From Elusimicrobiota bacterium (GTDB lineage Bacteria > Elusimicrobiota > Elusimicrobia > Elusimicrobiales > UBA9959), in assembly GCA_027340875.1 (NCBI GenBank), contig DAIENX010000061.1:1-14718 (forward strand): a stretch of 14,718 nucleotides of DNA. Reading direction: 5' to 3'. This document shows positions 8,753 through 14,718 of the stretch, piece by piece. The position numbers and the translations under genes were made by a program. Below the pieces are notes generated by a model. The model worked only from the letters and a program-made list of their open reading frames with translations. It searched no databases and was not told where the DNA came from. Position 1 is the stretch's first letter; each line of letters starts with the position of its first letter.

Positions 8753-9864
8753 AACAGGAAAAAGAGCTAAAGTGGGTTGACGCTGGTCTCCTGGAGCGCT
8801 TCATGCGGGACGTTTTCAAAGGGGTAGGGGTGCCTCCGGCCGAGGCCGCCGTCTGCGCCGACGTGCTGATAACGGCCGACAAGCTGGGGATAGAGTCACA
8901 CGGGGTTTCGCGGCTGAAGCCCATCTACTACGACCGCATAAGGGACGGCATCCTCTCCCCCAGGACCAGGTTCGAGATAGTCCGCCAGAGCCCGGCCACG
9001 GCGGTGGTGGACGGGCACAACGGGATGGGCCACGTCATCGGCAAGCGCGCGATGGAACTGGCCATCCGCAAGGCCAGGCGCTGCGGGATAGCCATGGTCG
9101 CGGTGCGCAACTCCACCCATTACGGCATAGCCGGCTATCACGCGCTGCTGGCCGCAAAAGCCGGCATGATAGGCCTCACCGGCACCAACGCCAGGCCTTC
9201 GGTCGCCCCGACGTTCGGCGTGGAGGCCATGATGGGGACCAACCCTATCACCTTCGCTATCCCTACCGACGAGAAGTTCCCTTTCCTGCTGGACTGCGCC
9301 ACTTCCATCACGCAGCGCGGCAAGATAGAAGTGCTGGCCAAGCTGGGCCAGAAGATGCCGAAAGGCTGGGTGATAGGCTCTAAGGGCGAGGCCAAGACGG
9401 ACTCGCTGGCCGTACTCGGCGACATCATCGCCGGCACCGCGGCGCTGGTCACCGTCGGAGGCATCGGCGAGGAGATGGCCGGCTACAAGGGCTACGGCTA
9501 CGCTACCGCCGTGGAGATACTCTCCTCGGCCCTGCAGCGGGGCGCCTACATGAAGATGCTCTCCGGCAGGGACGCCAAGGGAAAGAAGATCCCGTACCCT
9601 ATAGGGCACTTCTTCATCGCCATCAACGTTTCGGCCTTCACCGCTCCGGCGTCTTTCAAGAGGATCGCCGGCACCATCCTGCGGGAGCTGCGGGCCTCCA
9701 AGAAGATGCCGGGGGCGAAACGCATCTACACCGCCGGAGAGAAGGAGCATATGGCCCTGCTGCGCGCGCGCACGAAGGGCGTTCCGTTGAACGAGGAAAC
9801 GCAGCGCGAGGTACGCGCTATGCGCGAGGAACTCGGCCTCGCTAAGTACAAGTTCCCGTTCTGA
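8749..9864 (+). CDS. Ldh_2-family (type 2 malate/L-lactate dehydrogenase-like) NAD(P)-dependent oxidoreductase
   Basis: 371 aa. Motifs SHGVSRL, VDGHNGMGH, VRNSTHYG, GTNPI, LDCATS, YKGYG and GHFFIAI. SD GGAGG at 8739-8743. ATGA overlap with murG. Confidence 0.92.
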   Translation: MKQEKELKWVDAGLLERFMRDVFKGVGVPPAEAAVCADVLITADKLGIESHGVSRLKPIYYDRIRDGILSPRTRFEIVRQSPATAVVDGHNGMGHVIGKRAMELAIRKARRCGIAMVAVRNSTHYGIAGYHALLAAKAGMIGLTGTNARPSVAPTFGVEAMMGTNPITFAIPTDEKFPFLLDCATSITQRGKIEVLAKLGQKMPKGWVIGSKGEAKTDSLAVLGDIIAGTAALVTVGGIGEEMAGYKGYGYATAVEILSSALQRGAYMKMLSGRDAKGKKIPYPIGHFFIAINVSAFTAPASFKRIAGTILRELRASKKMPGAKRIYTAGEKEHMALLRARTKGVPLNEETQREVRAMREELGLAKYKFPF

Positions 9865-9885
9865 GGCCGGGAAGGGGGGATAAGG

Positions 9886-10842
9886 ATGTTCGGCGAGGAC
9901 TTCAAGTCCAAGGCGTTCCTGTACCTGGGTTTTTTCCTGACGCTGTTCGGCTATGCCGGACGGCTCTTCGCCATCGAACCGATCCATAACCTGTTCTTCC
10001 CGTTCGCCGCCTGGAGTTACATCCTGCTGGCGGACAACCTCTCCTGGAGGATAAAGGGCTCTTCGCCGCTGGTGTCCAGGACCGCTGAGCTCTTTTTCGT
10101 AGCGGCCGGCTCGATAGCGCTCTGCGCCGTCGCGGAGCTCCTTAACCTGCGCTTCGACGCGTGGCACTACTTCAACCAGAGCTCGTTACTCTCCACGCGC
10201 TGGTCCGGCAGGCTGTTCGCCTGGGCCGCCGCGACGCCGTCCATTTTCGTGACCTATGAGCTCCTCACCTCGTTCGGTCTTTTCCGCTCCGCCAGGTCCA
10301 GCCCTTTCCAGCTGAGGCCCTCCGCGCCCAAGGCCCTTGCCGCCGCAGGAGGGGCGGCGCTTGCCGCTTCGCTCGCTTTCCCGTCCGGCCTCTGGCCCCT
10401 GGCCCTGCCGGGCCTGCTGCTGCTCGCCGAGGCCGCGGACCTGCGCCTCGGCTTACCGTCCCTTTTCAGGGAGCTCGCCGGAGGCCTTCCGGCAAAAACC
10501 CTCCGGCTCGCCGCCGCCGGGCTTATCTGCGGCCTGCTTTGGGACTGGTGGAACAAGGGAGCCGGCGGCAGCTGGGAACTCGTTCTCACCTCCTTTCCTG
10601 CGGTCTTGCGCTACCTTCCTGCGGGTTTCCCTTTGCTGGGCCCGGCCGCCTATTCCCTATACAGCCTGGCCTCCTGGCTCCGAGCCGGCAGCAGCTGGGA
10701 AGATATCCCCTGGACCCTGCCGGGCAGGAAGCCGGGGGAAAGCGCGCTGCTGGTCGCAGCCGTCATAATTATACTTACCTCTTATGCCGCTCTCCGCGCG
10801 GTGGACGCCTATACCGTAAGACTGTATCTCGGCTGGCTGTAG
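9886..10842 (+). CDS. Uncharacterised polytopic membrane protein
   Basis: 318 aa with many hydrophobic segments. Purine-rich SD region at 9871-9885. Starts 21 nt after the previous stop. Aromatic motifs ELLNLRFDAWHY and LWDWWN...W. Confidence 0.8.
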   Translation: MFGEDFKSKAFLYLGFFLTLFGYAGRLFAIEPIHNLFFPFAAWSYILLADNLSWRIKGSSPLVSRTAELFFVAAGSIALCAVAELLNLRFDAWHYFNQSSLLSTRWSGRLFAWAAATPSIFVTYELLTSFGLFRSARSSPFQLRPSAPKALAAAGGAALAASLAFPSGLWPLALPGLLLLAEAADLRLGLPSLFRELAGGLPAKTLRLAAAGLICGLLWDWWNKGAGGSWELVLTSFPAVLRYLPAGFPLLGPAAYSLYSLASWLRAGSSWEDIPWTLPGRKPGESALLVAAVIIILTSYAALRAVDAYTVRLYLGWL

Positions 10843-10865
10843 ATCGAAAACGGTCCCCGCATTAC

Positions 10866-10897
10866 CCGAAGGGCCCAGATAAACCTGGGCCCTTCGG
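10866..10897. repeat. Perfect 13-bp inverted repeat (hairpin or operator)
   Basis: CCGAAGGGCCCAG-ATAAAC-CTGGGCCCTTCGG. No U-tract follows. Confidence 0.75.
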
Positions 10898-10924
10898 CCA
10901 TGTCGGGCCTGGGCCCACCGACTA

Positions 10925-10953
10925 TTGACATTGATCAACCCCTGCTGTATAAC
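10925..10953 (+). promoter_or_regulatory. Near-consensus sigma70 promoter of the serine protease gene
   Basis: TTGACA (10925-10930), 17-nt spacer, TATAAC (10948-10953). SD GGAGG at 10981-10985. Confidence 0.8.
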
Positions 10954-10989
10954 ATAGCGGTAGTTCAGAAGCGGACCAATGGAGGAGTT

Positions 10990-12000
10990 ATGAAGAACCT
11001 TAAGACAACCCTGACCGCAGCGGCCGTCGTCCTCATCCTCCCGGCGATCTCCTTCGCCGGCGGCAAGAGCATATACGGCGCGGACGACCGCGTGGACTAC
11101 TTCGCGGCCTCTTCCGATATGCAGGCCCTTTCCGATTCCGTGGTCTCGCTGTGGAAATCCGCCTCCGTTGAAACCCTCAACCCCGGCGGAGTCCGGCTCA
11201 AGACCATGAACTTCGGCGACCGGCTGAACCTCTGCCCGGGAGAGAAGTTCCGCGAGCAGCCCATAGGGGCCTTCTGCTCCGGCTCCCTGGTGGGACCCGA
11301 CCTGGTCATGACCGCCGGCCACTGCATCAAGACCGATGCCCAGTGCAAGGACACCAAGTTCGTCTTCGGCTACAAGGTCGCCCGCGCAGGCGGAGAGGCG
11401 GTCACTACGATGGTGGCCGGAGAGGTGTACGGCTGCGGCAAGATAGTGAAGCGCTTCCTCGGCGGCGAGCCCGGCTCGACCAACCCCGCCGGCCAGAGCC
11501 TCGGCCCCGACTTCGCCCTGGTGCAGCTGGACCGCCGCGTGACCGGACACACCCCGCTGCCCATCAACCGCTCCGACAACCTCAGGAAAGGCGACGGGAT
11601 ATTCGTTATAGGCCACCCCGTAGGCCTGCCTCTTAAGGTAGCCGGCGGCGCCACCGTCCGCGATTACTCCAAGGTCGGGTACTTCGTGGCCGACCTGGAC
11701 ACCTTCGGCGGCAATTCCGGTTCGCCCGTCTTCAACGCCCGCACCAAGAAGATAGAGGGAATACTGGTGCGCGGTGACACCGACTTCGTGGACGGCCTTG
11801 GCGGCACCTGCACCACAATGGCGACCTACGAGCAGACCGGCGGCCGCGGCGAGGACGTGACCAAGGTCTCGGCCCTCTCCTCCAGCATCCCGAGGCTGGC
11901 GGGCAAGAAGGCGGTGGAGCCGCAGGAGACCATGTCTGCGGCCGCCCCGGACGTGAGCGAGCCTTCGGACATCTCCTCCAAGGTCATCTCGTTCGAGTAA
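10990..12000 (+). CDS. Secreted trypsin-like (S1/PA clan) serine protease
   Basis: Start corrected to ATG 10990 (336 aa). Signal peptide MKNLKTTLTAAAVVLILPAISFA. Catalytic triad motifs TAGHC, PDFAL and DTFGGNSGSP. Confidence 0.92.
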   Translation: MKNLKTTLTAAAVVLILPAISFAGGKSIYGADDRVDYFAASSDMQALSDSVVSLWKSASVETLNPGGVRLKTMNFGDRLNLCPGEKFREQPIGAFCSGSLVGPDLVMTAGHCIKTDAQCKDTKFVFGYKVARAGGEAVTTMVAGEVYGCGKIVKRFLGGEPGSTNPAGQSLGPDFALVQLDRRVTGHTPLPINRSDNLRKGDGIFVIGHPVGLPLKVAGGATVRDYSKVGYFVADLDTFGGNSGSPVFNARTKKIEGILVRGDTDFVDGLGGTCTTMATYEQTGGRGEDVTKVSALSSSIPRLAGKKAVEPQETMSAAAPDVSEPSDISSKVISFE

Positions 12001-12014
12001 GAGGCGCAGTCTCC

Positions 12015-12058
12015 GCACGGGCCGCCCGAGGGGAAACCCCGGGCGGCCCGTGCTTTGT
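12015..12058 (+). terminator. Intrinsic terminator after the serine protease gene
   Basis: 14-bp stem GCACGGGCCGCCCG/CGGGCGGCCCGTGC, a bulged A, a 3-bp GGG/CCC extension and a GAAA loop, followed by TTTGT. Confidence 0.8.
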
Positions 12059-12077
12059 CATGCCGGAAGCTGGTAAA

Positions 12078-12106
12078 TATACACCCTGGAGAAAAATTTG
12101 TATCCT
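12078..12106 (+). promoter_or_regulatory. Sigma70-type promoter of the HEAT-repeat gene (probably leaderless)
   Basis: TATACA-N17-TATCCT-N6-ATG (12113). No SD. Lies just after a terminator. Confidence 0.55.
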
Positions 12107-12112
12107 TATCCG

Positions 12113-13612
12113 ATGCGCGCACGCCTGACGCTCTGCCTCGCCGCGGTTGCATTTGCCGCCTCGGGCTGCTTCTCCCTGAAAGGGAGGCTACTCTCCGCCG
12201 ACCCGGCCGTGAGGGCGGAGGCGCTGCAGGCCGCGGCCAGGGCGGAGGCGCCGGAGCGCCGCGCGCTGGTGGCCAAGATAAAGAAGGATCTGTCTTCGCG
12301 CGACACGGACCTGCGCATCTACGCCGCCGGCGCGCTGGAGGACATCGGCCCGGAGGCCGCGGACGCCGCCCCCGAGCTGGTCAAGGCGCTTTTCGACAAG
12401 GAGCCTGCCGTAGCCCTGTCGGCCGAGCGCACGCTGACGAAGCTTCCCGCCGCCGCCGACTACCTGGCTAAGCTGCTCGCATCCCCGAAGGCGGAACTGC
12501 GCGACAAAGCGGCCTCTATCCTAGTGAACCAGGGAGAGGGGGCGGCCATCCCGCTAGCCGCCAATTTCGACAGCGGCAACAAGTCCCTGGCGATCGAATC
12601 CATTGTGGTGCTTGCCCGGATGGGACCGGCCGCCGGCAAGGCGGTACCGGCCCTGGCCCGCGCCGCCGTCAGCAGCGATGCCGAGATACGGGCGCTCGCC
12701 TCTTCCGCCCTCTCCGATATCGGGAAGCCGGCCGGGCTCTGGCTGGCCGAAATGCTGCGCTCCCCGAACCCCCGCTACCGCTACGGCGCTTCCAAGGTGC
12801 TCGCCGGCATGCTCAGGCCGCCGCCGGAAGCGCTGGACAACCTGGCAGGGGCCGTCTGGGACGAGGAGGAGCGGGTCCGTCTTAACGCCGCTGAGGCGCT
12901 GGCGGCTTATGCGCCTTCCGAATTGTCCGCCCTGCCCGAAGACCGCGTGCCTGGCCTGGTCACGGCCGCGTCCGGAGAGGACGCCGTGGCCCCGCTGGCC
13001 GCCCGGGCCCTTATAAAGAGCGGCAAGGTCGGGCAGGACTGGCTGGGACAGGAACTCCGGGCCCGAAACCCGGCCGTCAGGCGCGAGGCCGCGGCGGCCA
13101 TAGCCCGCATGGACCCGCCGCCGCCGGATACGGCACCTGCGCTGCTGAAGGCCCTGAAGGACCCTGATCTGGAAGTAAGGGCCTCCGCGGCCGGATCGCT
13201 TTCCCGGTTCTCCGTCAATGCCGCGGCGGCCTTCCCTGCCGGCTGCGCCCGCCAGCTCTACGCCGCGCTCGACAGCTCCGACGGAGAGGTAAGACTGGCG
13301 GTATTGACCGCGCTCGGACGAAGGGCCCACACCGACGACCAGGCCTTGTCCTACCTTGTAAGCGCCCTATCCGGCTCCGACATGGAAATCCGCACTGCGG
13401 CCGCCGGGCAGCTGGAGGCCCTGCGCGGCAAGGCGGCGGCCGCCGAGAAACCGCTCTGGCAGGCTTTCGGGGCCGGGGACTGCCGCTTGCAGGTGGCGGC
13501 GGCCAGGGCCCTGGCCGCGATAAACCCCAGGTTCAGAAAGACGCCGGCCGTCGCCAGGGCCATGAGGCGGCTGTGCCCCGCGCCGGCCGCGGCAAAAAAG
13601 GAGGAACGATGA
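12113..13612 (+). CDS. HEAT-repeat (alpha-solenoid) protein, probable lipoprotein
   Basis: Start ATG 12113 (499 aa). N-terminus MRARLTLCLAAVAFAASG-C19 is lipobox-like. Repeated units such as APELVKALFDKEPAVALSA, AVPALARAAVSSDAEIRALA and APALLKALKDPDLEVRASAA. Confidence 0.88.
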   Translation: MRARLTLCLAAVAFAASGCFSLKGRLLSADPAVRAEALQAAARAEAPERRALVAKIKKDLSSRDTDLRIYAAGALEDIGPEAADAAPELVKALFDKEPAVALSAERTLTKLPAAADYLAKLLASPKAELRDKAASILVNQGEGAAIPLAANFDSGNKSLAIESIVVLARMGPAAGKAVPALARAAVSSDAEIRALASSALSDIGKPAGLWLAEMLRSPNPRYRYGASKVLAGMLRPPPEALDNLAGAVWDEEERVRLNAAEALAAYAPSELSALPEDRVPGLVTAASGEDAVAPLAARALIKSGKVGQDWLGQELRARNPAVRREAAAAIARMDPPPPDTAPALLKALKDPDLEVRASAAGSLSRFSVNAAAAFPAGCARQLYAALDSSDGEVRLAVLTALGRRAHTDDQALSYLVSALSGSDMEIRTAAAGQLEALRGKAAAAEKPLWQAFGAGDCRLQVAAARALAAINPRFRKTPAVARAMRRLCPAPAAAKKEER

Positions 13613-14130
13613 AAAAGTCCTTTCCGCTGTCCAAGGTCTATACTCTGCTGGAACCGGGCCCGGTGATAATGGTGAGCACGGCCCATAAGGGCAAGAGCAA
13701 CGTCATGCCCATGTCCTGGCACACGATGATAGATTTCGACCCGCCGCTGGTGGGCTGCGTCATAGGCGACGGCAGCCTGACCTTCAGGCTGCTCAAGGCG
13801 TCCCGCGAATGCGTGATCAACATCCCGACGAGGGCGATAGCCGGCAAGGTCCTGCCCTGCGGCTCCGTCTCGGGAACACGGGTAGACAAGTTCGAGAAAT
13901 TCGGACTTACACCGGAAAAGGCCTCTTCAGTGAAGGCGCCTATGGTGAAGGAATGCTACGCCTCTCTGGAATGCCGGCTGCACGACGCCAAGCTGGCCGG
14001 AAAATACAATCTGTTCATCCTGAAAGTGGTAAAGGCGTGGGTCGACCCGTCGGTAAAACAGCCGAGGACGCTTCACCATCGTGGCGGGGACAGCTTCATC
14101 GTAGCCGGAAAGACCGTGAAGCTGGCCTGA
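13609..14130 (+). CDS. Flavin reductase-like FMN-binding (DIM6/NTAB/flavoredoxin family) protein
   Basis: Start corrected to ATG 13609 (173 aa). SD AAGGAGG at 13598-13604 and ATGA overlap with the HEAT gene. Motifs LLEPGPV, NVMPMSW, ECVINIP, CGSVSG...DKF, ECYASLEC and TLHHRGG. Confidence 0.9.
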   Translation: MKKSFPLSKVYTLLEPGPVIMVSTAHKGKSNVMPMSWHTMIDFDPPLVGCVIGDGSLTFRLLKASRECVINIPTRAIAGKVLPCGSVSGTRVDKFEKFGLTPEKASSVKAPMVKECYASLECRLHDAKLAGKYNLFILKVVKAWVDPSVKQPRTLHHRGGDSFIVAGKTVKLA

Positions 14131-14134
14131 CCGG

Positions 14135-14515
14135 TCAGTACGGCTTCTTGGTCTCTCCCTCCCGGCGCACGGTCTCGAAAGAGAAGGCCGGCAGGCAGAC
14201 AGAAACGTATTCGGCCCCGCCAGCCCCGGGAGTGGAGTAGCGCACTCGCTCGCCGGGACTGGTGATGACGGCCTGGCCGGCCTTCACCTCCATCACGCCG
14301 CCCGCGTGTTCCACTCTCAGCGTTCCCTTAAGCACCACGGTATACTCCGTGAAAAGCGGCTGCTGCGGCGGCTCCTCCCATCCGCAGGGGCTGACCATGC
14401 GTGCCACGCTGATCGTGTTGGTACCGGAACTGGCGCGCCCTATATATTCCTCTATAACCTTCGGCTTGTTGCCGGAGGCCTCTACAAGCCTGGGTCTATC
14501 TATGAATTTCGGCAT
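14135..14515 (-). CDS. Single-domain cupin protein
   Basis: 126 aa. Motifs GNKPKVIEEYIGR, GWEEP, EYTVVLKGTLRV, GQAV...GERVRYSTP and EYVSVCLPAFS. SD GAGGGGAG at 14520-14527 (minus strand). Confidence 0.88.
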   Translation of the reverse strand: MPKFIDRPRLVEASGNKPKVIEEYIGRASSGTNTISVARMVSPCGWEEPPQQPLFTEYTVVLKGTLRVEHAGGVMEVKAGQAVITSPGERVRYSTPGAGGAEYVSVCLPAFSFETVRREGETKKPY

Positions 14516-14543
14516 AGCGCTCCCCTCGTCCTCTTTACCGGAT

Positions 14544-14552
14544 ATTCTACCA
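14544..14552 (-). promoter_or_regulatory. Extended -10 promoter TGgTAGAAT of the cupin gene
   Basis: Minus strand reads ttTGgTAGAATatcc, 28 nt upstream of the ATG. Confidence 0.6.
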
Positions 14553-14580
14553 AAACCGGCGGCGGGGGAGGCCGGCGACC

Positions 14581-14718
14581 TGTCAAATCACTTAAGAATG
14601 TTACCGAAGGGACCATCCCCAGGCAGTTCCTCCTTTTGATCTCTTTGCTGTCACCACGTCTGCATTGCTGACTCCCGGTGCAGCACTTTCTCATACACCT
14701 CAACTCCGGGAAGTTCGG
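14581..14718. mobile_element. Possible insertion-sequence end or remnant (tentative)
   Basis: Abrupt switch from GC-rich sequence to TGTCAAATCACTTAAGAATGTTACC. The TGT terminus carries an outward-facing TTGACA. No transposase is recognisable within the window. Confidence 0.25.

Noticed and set aside
10843..10989. CRISPR array, riboswitch or ncRNA in the structured intergenic region
   Set aside because: There is no repeat-spacer periodicity. The hairpins lie upstream of the promoter, so they are not in the protease 5' UTR. I recognise no known RNA family here.
859..13330. Long antisense and alternate-frame ORFs (e.g. 859-2196, 2271-3230, 4047-5396, 4148-5158, 8896-10167, 10657-12018, 12554-13330)
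   Set aside because: They shadow well-supported genes, have no recognisable motifs, and are expected from stop-codon scarcity at high GC.
10900..13608. Upstream starts at 10900, 12098 and 13573 (and 3961 on the minus strand)
   Set aside because: The first, second and fourth lie upstream of or within predicted promoters, and 13573 lies inside the HEAT gene. Signal peptides and SD sites fit 10990, 12113, 13609 and 3895 instead.
14127..14138. 12-bp palindrome CTGACCGGTCAG
   Set aside because: Mostly produced by two convergent TGA stops. It has no loop or U-tract, so it is not a terminator.
14544..14586. TTGACA (14581-14586, minus) as the -35 of the cupin promoter
   Set aside because: It is 31 nt from TAGAAT, far from the 16-18 nt needed.
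14500..14703. 67-aa minus-strand Cys/Pro-rich ORF
   Set aside because: It crosses the cupin promoter and start, has atypical composition and shows no recognisable motif.

Overview
GC-rich bacterial window holding part of a division/cell-wall (dcw) cluster: 3' part of murE, murF, mraY, murD, ftsW and murG. The cluster departs from the usual order in two places. A ~2.1 kb opposite-strand block between murF and mraY carries a membrane-anchored M28 metallopeptidase and a truncated clostripain (C11)-like gene. An Ldh_2-family oxidoreductase, overlapping murG by ATGA, sits where murC normally follows. Downstream are an uncharacterised membrane protein, a stand-alone secreted trypsin-like serine protease with a near-consensus sigma70 promoter and terminator, a HEAT-repeat lipoprotein coupled to a flavin reductase-like gene, and a convergent cupin. 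The last ~140 nt shift in composition and may be an insertion-sequence end. Regulatory signals include three apparently leaderless promoters, a perfect TAGGTC-N4-GACCTA palindrome between divergent promoters, and an FNR-like box over a -35. I see no CRISPR array, rRNA, tRNA or clearly novel multi-gene system. The best leads are the peptidase block with its sharp truncation junction, the dehydrogenase in the murC slot, and the promoter architecture. Gene style suggests Elusimicrobiota, which is inference only.
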